From NCBI RefSeq assembly GCF_964204645.1, contig NC_134027.1:24576560-24640559 (forward strand): 64,000 nt of DNA, given 5' to 3'. How positions within the stretch are numbered: the stretch's first letter is position 1; the number at the start of each line of letters is the position of its first letter. This DNA is from Tubulanus polymorphus. Its lineage: Eukaryota; Animalia; Nemertea. The notes under the pieces were generated by a model. It was not told the origin of the DNA, did not search any database, and saw only the letters and a program-made list of their open reading frames with translations. Positions 26,240-37,172 of the stretch are shown here, in pieces. Position numbers and translations under genes: made by a program.

Positions 26240-26468
26240 GATAATAAGATAAAAACCCACTATCTACAGATTAAAAGAATTTAAAAACAAGAATTTATTT
26301 ATTCAATATAAAATATATAGAATACACGACGTTTCGATCTCACTACCTGACGATGATCTCTAGGGTGAGATCGAAACTTCGTGTCTTATATATATTTTAG
26401 ATTGAATAAATAAATTCTTGTTTTCAAATTCTTTTAATCTGTAGATAGTGGGTTTTTATCTTGTTATC
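26240..26468. mobile_element. ~230-bp foldback containing a hammerhead-ribozyme-like core (Penelope-like element terminal repeat remnant)
   Basis: Arms of ~104 bp (26240-26343 / 26365-26468) are near-perfect inverted copies; centre CTGACGA-tgatctc-tagggt-gagatc-GAAA-c..gTC. Confidence 0.7.
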
Positions 26469-26854
26469 GGGTGGATATTTACGAGTTGCCTGACAAAATA
26501 CAAATAACTTGAATTTTATTCGATTTATTTATGGTAGAACTCTGTAATAGTGCATGTTTTTCCTTTGTTTCCTCTGTACTTATATCTGCTTTGTGGTTAG
26601 AATACGTAAACAGGCTTGACTGATGCACACGTGCTCGCTGAGTTTTACTGAGGATGCCAATTTTCACCGATTCAGCTTTCTGTATTTCGCTTCGTTAAAC
26701 CGGGTTGAAGCCTTATAAGAAGTCGCATATCGTCGCAGAGTTTTTTCGGACGACGAAGTCACATTTTGGAAGACGTTTTGCAGATACTTCCAATGGATGC
26801 GTACACGCGTCACTTCACTTAACTCGAGTTAGATAGAGCTAGAATTCATCGGAT

Positions 26855-27140
26855 AGGGAGAGGGAGCGGAAGAGGGAGAGGGAACGGGAGAGGGAGAGGG
26901 AGAGGGAGAGGGAGAGGGAGAGTGAGAGTGAGAGTGAGAGGGAGAGGGAGAGGGAGAGGGAGAGGGAGAGGGAGAGGGAGAGGGAGAGGGAGAGGGAGAG
27001 GGAGAGGGAGAGGGAGAGGGAGAGGGAGAGGGAGAGGGAGAGGGAGAGGGAGAGGGAGAGGGAGAGGGAGACCGAGACGGAGACGGAGAGGGAGACCGAG
27101 ACGGAGACGGAGACGGAGACGGAGACGGAGACGGAGACGG
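26855..27140 (+). repeat. Compound hexamer microsatellite (GGGAGA)n / (GTGAGA)n / (CGGAGA)n
   Basis: Directly visible; produces the spurious SP-, LP- and RG-repeat ORFs. Confidence 0.97.
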
Positions 27141-27705
27141 AATGACCACAAGGGGGTAGAGACTGAGAGGGAGAGAGCCGGAGATGGAGAGGTAATTCCT
27201 GCTACATGCAACCCGTTGTAAACTCGTAAAGCACGCATCCTGACTGGAGCCGTAGATCTTACCGAGAATTACACAACAAAACGATTGGCAGCTTAAGCAC
27301 TGAGTTTCGCGGATCATGTGGAATTACCGAGGAAATACGAAGCGTTTAACTATCGCAAAAAAAACTCGTAAACTACTGAAAAAAAGGGAAATTCACTAAC
27401 CGCGTATTGTGAGAGGAATCGTGTAACATCTCATGTTTGGATTAGAGGTTTATTTGAAGACCAAATCCAGAGAGCGAGATGTTGTCTATTGTTTTATTTT
27501 TATGAATTTAGTCTCTCACTCTAAAGTATAATCGTAATCTGGCTCCAGTTCCAGAGTCGTGAGTCTGGGTTCATTCTCACATGAAACGTGGTTCCTTTTA
27601 GGGAAAAATACTTGCATTTTTACAGAAATTGTCAAATCTTTTTTTCAAATGTTCAATGACTGTTTTTGTCGTAACGAATATGCTAATGGTATGCTACTTT
27701 TTCAG

Positions 27706-27873
27706 GTGACGACACGAACGCCTCCGAATTCCCGCCTCCACTCGTTAAAGATTACCGACCGGGTGACACGTGTTACGATTTCACGCACGGTGATTGGAGG
27801 AAACGAACGTTCACCAGTCCGAATTATCCGCTCAATTATTCGAACAAAACCGAATGCATTAGTCTATTAGTGG
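27706..27873 (+). CDS. NETO: NETO-like gene, N-terminal half of CUB1
   Basis: tttttcag acceptor, G|gtacgt donor, 168 nt; translates GDDTNASEF...CYDFTHGDWRKRTFTSPNYPLNYSNKTECISLLV with the CUB motif FTSPNYP..Y....C. This frame is absent from the ORF track. Confidence 0.92.
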
Positions 27874-29399
27874 GTACGTATACTGCTTACTATGGCGGCC
27901 GTTTCGGCCCACATTTAAAAAATGTGACATTCAAACTCACCATTCTAAACATTTCTCACTTTTCGTTTTAACGTAGCGTTACTGGTGGATATCGAGTGTC
28001 CATATTCTTTTCTAAATCTTTTTTTATGGCACGAATCAGCCGCCATGCTTACTGGAATAGGAGCAGTGGTTAATCAGAAAACAAGCTGAAACTGCCTCGT
28101 GATGGTTGATACTGGATATCAATGTTCTCATCGATTCTGATCCGTTGGGTTTTAAGGGGAAAATTAAAAAACCGCAGTCCGGACCCCGGTGGGCCACGGC
28201 CCACATACTCCTGAAGAGCAAAAATGTACCATATTCCTTCTGAGCCCCTGCCCTAATCCTAGATCCGCCCTTGTGAAATCAAATTTTCTAAATGCCTAAT
28301 GACAAACAGAAAGGACGAACACTTTTTAGCTCAGAAAGTTTTTGGCGACAAAAAGTTGTTCTCTGTTGAACTAACAAATACAACGTGTACACACAATATG
28401 CGCTAACAGCTCGAATCATCATCCGTGGCCTCGTTCCCTGTTGGCTGGACAAACACGTGTAGATTCGTGCATGTCTCACTTCATTACTACCTCTTAGTCT
28501 AGACTTCGCTGTGGCTGAGACCAGTCGTCGAGCCGTTGTTCCCGTCAATCTAACCACGCCGTAACACGCAATGAAACCGTTGCATCTCGATATTAAGTTC
28601 GGCTCGGCGGTATTCCGACCCCCTGTTCCCGATGGAATTGTCGACCGCACTGTCTGGGCTCGTGTCTCGTTTAAAGAAATCTTCGCGGCATTGAGACATC
28701 GTAATCAATCAACAAGTTACCTGGTTGCGATGGTAAACACGTCTGTGGCAAGCGAGGATCCACCAGGTTCGCAAGTGTGCGGTAGGATATCATCGCTCAT
28801 ATTCTGGGGAGAACGGTCTTTTCTAACTTAAAATATCCAGGCATGAAAAAAAACAAAATGGCGGTTTTTACTCTGAAGAGAAGGGTTTATGGTCTGGAGG
28901 TCTTAGAACAAAAAGTAAGAAGCTGGTAACTTTGGTGGTAATAGCGCTACAATGCTTTTGAGGTCGAAAACCATCGAAAAGCATCGTTTCTTGGTTTAGG
29001 CGAGCTTTTAGTTGAAGCGATCAGATCCCGCTCATGATTGCAAGAGGGACAATCCTCTATTTCGAAGAAAATTGCCTGATAAACCTAAAGCGGGGGCGGC
29101 AGAACTTCCGAAGACGTTTTCAAGATGCAGACCACATTTCATCGCGAATTTTCTTTTTTTCTAATTTCTTAGTTTTCGATGCGATATTATGTTTTTCTTT
29201 GTTGATTCATCTGGTTATTTGCACCGCCGAACATATCCCGGTATTCGGAAGACGATTTAAAAATACATCGCTTCTTGAGAACTGTTTAAAAAGGTCTGTA
29301 ATGCAGGCGTTATAAACCTTCGAAGCTAACTATGAAACTGTATTTCGTTAGGTAAACATAAGGCTGCAGCTGGTTCGAGGCCTGACTGCAAAATCTTCG

Positions 29400-29636
29400 A
29401 ATTGAACCCATATAATTGTGGAACTGGGTCCAGAGTCCAATAGAACCCAGGCAACTGCGAAACTGGACCCAGAGTCAAATTGAACCCACAGGACTGTGGA
29501 ACTGGATCCAGAATCAAATTAAGCCCACGCAACTGCGAAACTGTATCCAGAGACAAATTAAGCCCACACAACTGTGGAACTGGATCCAGAGTCAAATTAA
29601 GCCCACAGGACTATGGAGCTGGATAGAGAGTTCAAT
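29400..29636 (-). repeat. 39-bp minisatellite array, inverted orientation (~6 units)
   Basis: aactgtggaactggatccagagtcaaattaagccc repeated. Confidence 0.9.
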
Positions 29637-30554
29637 TAATCAGATATTAATCTTTTCCTTAACATTCATCCCTTAACTACGAAGTGAGTGACGTCTCTTT
29701 CTGTGAAATACCACATGAGAACCATGTAAGTGAGTGACAGGGAGACTAGACGCCTGAGCATCAATCACTAAACACTGACAGATCAGAAAAATTTGAAATG
29801 GTTTCAGTGCACTTTTAAGACACTTCTACAGACAGCAAAACGCTACGATTCTTATTTTCGTCTTGAATCGACGGCAGTGGTATAATAGACCGGTCTCTGC
29901 TGTCGAGCTCGCGGGATTCCCGATAAATTTCATTACGCGACGCACAAATTGCTTGGGAATAAATTAAATTTCGATTTTTGCGGCAGACTACTCTCCGCAG
30001 TTGGAAGCGATCAGCTAGCCAGAAAAATGTAAACGCTGCGTCGTTTTGTAATACGAACAGTGTCAGGACGACTAGATCAAAACGTAGTTCAGTTTCGATA
30101 AGCTTACTGCAACCAAGATCTGGGGCAAATCAGATCTCTTTGTCAAACACGGTTGATTGTCTCGGGCCATGGTTCGAATCTTATTCACCATTCATACAAA
30201 TAGAGAAAGTATGGATGTATTCTATTAAATCTGAACTGAAATCTGGCGCCATTGTCCTCTGATACACCCACTTATGCCACCTGGTGGATCCTCAATTGCC
30301 ACAGTCGCTTGCGGAGTCATCCTTCTGGGTCCAGTCCAGTTTTACGAAGACGTTAGACTAAGATTTCCGGTTTAATTGCTATTGGTTACTGCGTTCAGAT
30401 AACTGGTTAAATTTCATGGTTGTACACTAATGGTATTAACTTAACCGTTTAAAGCTGGAATTTTTTTTCACGAAACTGAACTCTATATTCCGTGCAAAAA
30501 CCACTAAATCCTCGGTGTGTCATACATCATTTCTCAAAAATATTCTCTTTACAG

Positions 30555-30809
30555 CTCCGAAAGGCCACACGCTGCTACTCGACTGGAGAGACCACTTCGA
30601 GTTGGAGGCGTCGGAAGATTGCAAATTCGATTTCCTCGAGATCCGAAACGGTCCGTACGGGTACTCGCCGTTGATTGGACGGTACTGCGGCACCAATTTT
30701 CCCGGACCAATCAACTCGAAGACTCGTTACTTATGGCTACGTTTCGTGTCGGATGATTCAGTCGAATGGAAAGGTTTCAAGGCCGTTTATAGTTTTTTGT
30801 TAGACCCCA
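30555..30809 (+). CDS. NETO: NETO-like gene, C-terminal half of CUB1
   Basis: ctctttacag acceptor, A|gtaagt donor, 255 nt; FELEASEDCKFDFLEIRNGPYGYSPLIGRYCG...RYLWLRFVSDDSVEWKGFKAVYSF matches the NETO CUB1 pattern (CKFD..E.R.GP.G.SP.IG..CG). Confidence 0.96.
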
Positions 30810-31325
30810 GTAAGTAATGATCATGTTGGTAAATTTCGAGAGGTTGCGACGATGACGATCATCGAGACTTTTTCACGAGCGTTTTTAGACGTTTGAAAAG
30901 CCGAGAAATATTGATAGATTTGAAATTCTGCTCGAATGAAGAGGGTTCTACAATAAAATGGCTAATTCAGGCCATACGTGAAATGATATCCCAAACAATC
31001 AAATTAAGGAAAATAACGTGACAAAACGAGTTATTTTGTAAGAATATCGCCCTCATTTGCATGTGTCAATTTTTCCCAACAAAATTACCATAAAAAATTT
31101 GTATATATGCAGATGAGGACCGGTACCACGAGGAACGACGAAATCGAAAATTAGGCGCCAAAACGAGAAATGTTGGTTTTTTCTTCTCGCCCTGTCGCCC
31201 TCATTTGCATATTTCTGTGATTACTTTCAGCCACCACACCCTACATTCTAAACTCGAACCGACTTCGCATTCTGTTAGAATATATTGAAATGCATCATAT
31301 TTCATTTGTTTCTACATAATTTCAG

Positions 31326-31358
31326 ATCCCGAGCTTCAGTATTCCCGTAACTTTTCAG
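31326..31358 (+). CDS. NETO: NETO-like gene, 33-nt inter-CUB linker micro-exon (NPELQYSRNFS)
   Basis: aatttcag acceptor, CAG|gtcagt donor, phase 1-1; continues LLDP-NPEL, similar to the NETO post-CUB1 linker. Confidence 0.75.
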
Positions 31359-32191
31359 GTCAGTAAAATTAGGCAGTACATTAGATTAGATTAGAACATT
31401 AGAAACGGCTGTTCAACAAGTTACCACAACCGTCCTCCTTGTCTTGGTTAAAGAAACGCCTGGGTCAGTTCCATAGTTGTTCGGTCAAAAATTCAGAATT
31501 AAGAGACGAATTTCAGTACGTACTGTGAGACTCGATCACAGTGTGATCAACGTATACCCTAGTTACAATGCAGGATCCAGTTCCACATTTCTCAGTGACT
31601 TTGAACTCATTGAAAATGAACTGATTCTAACTCAGAGTTAACATTTAACTCATAACCGTGGAATCGGGGTCAATTGCTCAACTCATGGTTAGAGTTAACC
31701 ATTGGTTAATTGAACAGGTGACAATCAAAATTGTATTATCACCATTGTATTTATTTGGTGGTTAACTCTTACTTTGCCACTGAGCAACTGAAACCCCTGC
31801 GCAAGAGATCCCGCAATTAAGTCCTGAAAAAGATGATAAGTTCTTGTAGTAAATGCAAATATTGTTGAGCAACATTTCGGTTATATTCTAATAGCCATCA
31901 ACGTACAAAGTAATAAAGACTAAGATTATACTCCACAGTAATGAGCCAAAATTGATTTATTTCACGAAAATCTTAAGAGTCGAATCCGACCAACAACTTT
32001 GGAACTAACCTGGGCCCAGTTTCACGAAAAAGATTAGCTCTTTTTTGATGTGATAAAGGTGTTTCTCATTTTTTGTTAAACCGGACTCTTAAACTGTACC
32101 GCATTCATACATCCTCCATTCGTCAATATTTCCGAAAGACTCGTAGCGTATATACTAAATCATATAATCTATTATTCTTATACTTACGCAG

Positions 32192-32236
32192 TCCCTCAGT
32201 TATACCAAACCAACGATTCTGTCCAGCTCAGTGAAG
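32192..32236 (+). CDS. NETO: NETO-like gene, candidate 45-nt linker micro-exon (VPQLYQTNDSVQLSE)
   Basis: ttcttatacttacgcag acceptor, AAG|gtattc donor, phase 1-1, open in frame. Confidence 0.45.
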
Positions 32237-33878
32237 GTATTCGAATTCTAGTATGTTGTCCACTTCACCGTCATGTTCATTCACTTCTTCTGTCTTACAC
32301 TGTAATAATTCTTCTTTTCCGATATGTTTGAAATCCACGCGCTTTTTCAAACGATTTTCAAACGAAGTAACTCATTGCTGAGTGTTTTGTTTTTTCGACG
32401 AATCTTGTAACCCCGAACCAGTTCCGCAGTTGTGCCTGAGACCACGAGACCCTATTCGATCGATTGTTAAGTCACAATTTGCAGAAAATTTTCAATATAA
32501 AAACGTCGAATTTCAAGCAAAAAATGTTACTGTTATAAAGTACCAAAGATTTGGGTTGAAATATGAATTGAGTCAATACATATGGGTTGAAGCAAGTCCG
32601 ACTTGCTTCAACCCTGACTGAGGAACTGGTTCTCGAGTACAGAGTTCTTTGCACTAACGAACATTGTATTTTCAACAAATTCTTCATGGTATTTTGCTTG
32701 TTTTTCACCTCTCCTTCGAAGTTTTGATTTTCTGATATGTCGAACTGTATGTAATTGTGTATGGATGTTTTCTCTATTGTAACTTATCACCTTAATTCAT
32801 ATAATTGTCGTTTTAATGAGCAATGAATCCAGATTTTAATCGAAAAAAGATATGTATCTCGGAAAATAGACCTAATAGTCTTTGATTTGAGTTCAAGGCT
32901 TACACGATGAAGTTATACATTAATATATAGAATAATAAGTTAAAGTTAATCTAAATCTATTAATTTGTTCCTTTTGTCAATTCAGTTACTTCTTCAAGGC
33001 GGATCTTAAAAAATGTGTGTTCTCCTTTTTCAAGCACTGATTTCTTGATTGAGTTGTGATATGTTGTAAATACAGCACACGAAATGCACCGACCTTTTTT
33101 CCGAAGTGTCAAAGTCAATCGTTCTATCTATGCTGTGACGTGTTGTGTTGTGATGCTATGTTTGTCAAATCGTAAATACTTTGTGAATCGATTGATTATT
33201 GGTTTAATTTGGGTCATATGACGAAAACGTCGACCAATACGAATGAGGATACTCGTCAAATATGGCGTCGCTGTTCACTCATTGGTCCGAGGCCGAGTCG
33301 CTGCAAACCAATAGAAAAAACAGTAGCAATTTTTCAATTGTGTTAAAAATGTTAATTAATTGTGTCAAAAATGTTAATTAATTGCTATTTTTTGTATTGG
33401 CCTCTAGAAGATTCCACCAGGGGTCAGTAATGCAGTCAATGCTTACACTATAGACCAGTCTAAGACCATTATGGTTCCATAGTAAATCTAACAAATTAAG
33501 ATCTGACAGTCTAACACCATTTTGGTTCTATAGCCAATCTAAAAGCTTAAGACCAGTCTCGTGATTCAATACCACTTTTGGGCTTAAGTCAAGACTAGGC
33601 AACTGGCCCTGTACCTCATAAATAGCCTCGATAACGTATGTTTGGCCGTGGTCCCACAGTTCTGGATCAATTTAAACCAATTAATACTGAAAGTGATAGT
33701 TTTCGGTTTTGATCATCTATCTGAAAGAAAAGAATAATTCGAATTTGGAGTCAGATTGAAATACAGTTTTTGCTTTGATTCTAAAGAATAAACGAGGAAT
33801 AACTAGGTCATTTTCGGTGGAAACGTTGTGATGAAATAACGCGTTTAACTCCGTTGTCGATTTCGATTATTATTTCAG

Positions 33879-34042
33879 TTTGTCTTATCAATGTAATCAA
33901 CGCTCATAAAGTCAGTGACCTGCGAATCCTCGAACAGCAGTTTTCTACGAGTTCCATTCCACATATAATCAGACAAAAAATAGACGATCATTTGTTACCG
34001 TTAGACTGTACGTGGGTGATACACATCCCGCGAGGACTCAGG
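33879..34042 (+). CDS. NETO: NETO-like gene, N-terminal half of CUB2
   Basis: tatttcag acceptor, AGG|gtgagt donor, phase 1-0; VCLINV...LPLDCTWVIHIPRGLR. Confidence 0.9.
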
Positions 34043-34069
34043 GTGAGTACATTGAGCCAGCGTCTGGAG

Positions 34070-34275
34070 TTGCGCCGTGTGGCCGACCAGTGGTTTAAGC
34101 CGCGTCAGTTATGTCCTAGTTTCTCGTGGTTCATTCGAAGGTTCGAAACCCGCTTATTAAGGGTCGGTCCTTCTCGGCCCATCTCCTATCAATTTGACTG
34201 GTATAAACGAACATTGTATCCGGCTAAAACCATTTTTCTGCTGCCCCTGGAAACCGTTTTTAAAACCAGCCCCTG
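34070..34275 (+). mobile_element. Degenerate tRNA-derived SINE-like insert in a short intron
   Basis: gtgtggccgaccagtggtttaag (A-box-like) and ggttcgaaaccc (B-box-like). Confidence 0.5.
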
Positions 34276-34323
34276 TATTCCATGTAGGTACTGATCTTTG
34301 AGGACTGATGATTCTTTTTTCAG

Positions 34324-34555
34324 ATGTTCCTGAAATTCACCGAATTTTCTATCGCCTCCAAACACTGCGACGACAGTTCGCTGGAGATCTACGACAGCAC
34401 TACCTCGCAGGCGAACCGCGTGAAGCTACTGTGTAACTCAGAAGCCGGCTCCACCGAATATATGTCGGTTTCTAATCGTCTGCTCCTGCGAGCGAGAGCG
34501 GAAGAATTGGAAAATGCTGTCAAATTCAGTGCCTTCTTCTCAGTATTATATTCAG
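34324..34555 (+). CDS. NETO: NETO-like gene, C-terminal half of CUB2
   Basis: tcttttttcag acceptor, CAG|gtaaaa donor, phase 0-1; MFLKFTEFSIASKHCDDSSLEIYD...LLCNS...SNRLLLRARA...FSAFFSVLYS. Confidence 0.93.
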
Positions 34556-34625
34556 GTAAAAAGAAAAAACGAACTGACATGAAAAAACTCTCGACGGATA
34601 CGACGTTGAGTTCGATTTTCTCATG

Positions 34626-34946
34626 CTCGCTTGCCAGGGTTTGGTTGCCACCAGCCGGAGCTCACACCAACGCAAAACCTGGCCGCTCACCCACATTTTT
34701 TGGGGCGGACAGGTTAACGCTCAGCGCCCGCCAGTCTACTAGCCAACAGATGCATTGCTTTTGCCGGCAAGTTTGCTTTATAAATACCACGCATCTGATT
34801 GGATAGATGTATAGACTGGGGACACTGAGCGGGAACCTGTCCGCCCAAGAAATCTTGGGTGACGTAATAGACCAATAAAGGGTTTGCGGCCAGGGTTTGT
34901 GTTGGCGTAAGCTTCAGCGGGTGGCAAACAAACACTGGCAAGCGAG
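34626..34946. mobile_element. ~320-bp foldback/MITE with long imperfect inverted arms
   Basis: ctcgcttgccagggtttggttgccacc...gggcggacaggtt...cagtcta...cagatgc pairs with gcatctg...tagactg...aacctgtccgccc...ggtggcaaacaaacactggcaagcgag. Confidence 0.85.
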
Positions 34947-35039
34947 GATGGAGTTTCTCCGTAGTGACTTTAGTTTGGTCCCATTTTAGTTCTACGTCTC
35001 ACATTCTCTTTGCCACGATGAAGCACATTATTTTCTTCG

Positions 35040-35720
35040 GCATCCAGTTCCGCAGTTGCGTGGGTTCTAATTTGACTCTGAACCCCGTTTCACAGATGTT
35101 GGGGATCTGATTTGACTATGGGTCCAATGCCACAGCTGTGTGGGTTTGATTTGAATCTGAATCCAGTTTCAAATTGACTCTGTACCCATGTTTCACTGTA
35201 CCGTACGTTCAATTGGACTATGGAACTAAAGCCCTAAAGTTCAGTGGGTTTGATTTGATTCTGGATCCAGTTCCACAGTTGTGTCGATTTAATTTGATTC
35301 TGGATCCAGTTCCACAGCTGTGTGGGTTTAATTTAACTCTGGATCCAGCTCCACAGATCTGCGGGTGTTATTTTACTCTGGGTCCAGTTCCACAGTTGTG
35401 TGGGTTTGATTTGATTCTGGATCCAGTTCCGCAGTTGTGTGGGTTTAATCTAACTCTGGATCCAGCTCCACAGATCTGCGGGTGTTATTTGACTCTGGGT
35501 CCAGTTCCACAGTTGTGTGGGTTTGATTTGATTCTGGATCCAGTTCCGCAGTTGAGTCGATTTAATTTGACTCTGGATCCAGTTCCACAGCTGTGTGGGT
35601 TTAATCTAACTCTGGATCAAGCTCCACAGTTCTGCGGGTGTTATTTGACTATGGGAGGGGGGCACTCCCTCAGTGGTATGGGGTTTTAATTTGACTGTGG
35701 ACCCAGCTATGTTGGGATTT
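35040..35720 (+). repeat. 39-bp minisatellite array (TTTAATTTGACTCTGGATCCAGTTCCACAGTTGTGTGGG)
   Basis: Roughly 15 units; the 13-aa periodicity FNLTLDPVPQLCG in the ORF track confirms a 39-bp unit. Confidence 0.95.
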
Positions 35721-36316
35721 GACTAATATCGGCTTCATTGAAAGTCACTGGCATCAATGAGTAGTTGGAGACGCCGACCCTTCTACATATGAGGACGTAT
35801 ATATCTCAACAGTGGTTTAAGCAGCCTCTTACAAAGTCCTATACGTAGCCGCCAGCTCATTTAGATTCGGATTCTTCGCGCATTTATCTCGCTCGACAGA
35901 GGGAACATAAAATGACGTATAATGTGTGTTAATCTAGCTAACTGCTGCCATATTCTCAGGCAACATTTACCCGGTTAATTTCGCTAATTAGTACGTCCCA
36001 CCCGCTGAAAGCATCGCGCCGCGACGCAGCGTAGATTTATACATGTCGGAGCGATCGAATTGCCGGCTATCAACCGTATAAAGCATTCGACGTCGTTTAG
36101 GAAAGTTTAACGACATAAATATTGAATTAACTTTTGAGTGAAAAAACGATTATCACAATATTGCGATTGCTAATTCAGATCTCATTGAATCCGTGTCGAA
36201 CGCCCATATCGGCAGCGAACAGCATAAATATTATGTTTTATCGGTATCGAAATATTGTTGATATGTATAATTGATAAGTGTATTAATTTCGTTGGTATTT
36301 TTTTTTCGTTATTCAG

Positions 36317-36448
36317 GTCCGTGCAAACACGATAGTTTATTTCGTTGCGGTGACAACACGTGTGTGAATAAATCGTTGTTGTGTAATGGTAGAGTGAATT
36401 GTGCCACTGAGTGGGATGAACTGGAATGTGATGGAGTTGAAAAACCAG
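36317..36448 (+). CDS. NETO: NETO-like gene, LDL-receptor class A exon
   Basis: ttattcag acceptor, CAG|gtaagt donor, 132 nt; six-Cys GPCKHDSLFRCGDNTCVNKSLLCNGRVNCATEWDELEC with the NETO-type CNG..NC...WDE..C ending. Confidence 0.96.
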
Positions 36449-36487
36449 GTAAGTATTTCACTACCTCATATCTTGCCATTTTTTTCA

Positions 36488-37172
36488 TTAATTTGACTCT
36501 GGAACCACTTCCACATTTGAGCGGGTTTTATTGGCTATGGATCCAGTTCCACAGTGGTGTGGGTTAAATTTGACTATAAACCCAGTTCCACAGTTATGTG
36601 GGTTTAATTTGACTCTGGATCCAGTTCCACTGTTATGTGGGTTTGATTTTTATCTGGATCCAGTTCCGCAGTTGTGTGGCTTCAATTTGACTCTGTATCC
36701 AGTTTCGCAGTTGTGTGGGTTTAATTTCACTTTGGATACTCTTCCACAGTTTTGTGGGTTTAGTTTGACTCTGAACCCAGTTCCACAGTTGTGCGGGTCT
36801 TATCTGACCCTGGATCCAGTTCCACTGTTGTGTAGGTTTAATTTGATCCTGGATCCAGCTCCACAGTTGTGTGGGTTTGATTTTTATATGGATCCAGTTC
36901 CACAGTTAGATGGCTTTAATTTGACTCTGGATCCAGTTTCACAGTTGTGTGGGTTAAATTTGATTCTGGATCCAGTTTCACAGTTGTGTGGGTTTAATTC
37001 AACTTTGGATTCTTTTCCACAGCTGTGTGGGTTTAGTTTGATTCTGGATCCAATTCCACAGTTGTGTGGGTTTAATTTGACTCTGGATTCACAGTTGTGT
37101 GGGTTTAATTTGGCTCTGAAGTTCCACACTTGTGCGGGTCTTATCTGACCCTGGATCCAGTTCCACAGTTCT
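36488..37172 (+). repeat. 39-bp minisatellite array (~17 units)
   Basis: Same unit as 35040-35720. Confidence 0.95.

Noticed and set aside
26829-27317. SP-, LP- and RG-repeat ORFs
   Set aside because: Translations of the (GGGAGA)n microsatellite.
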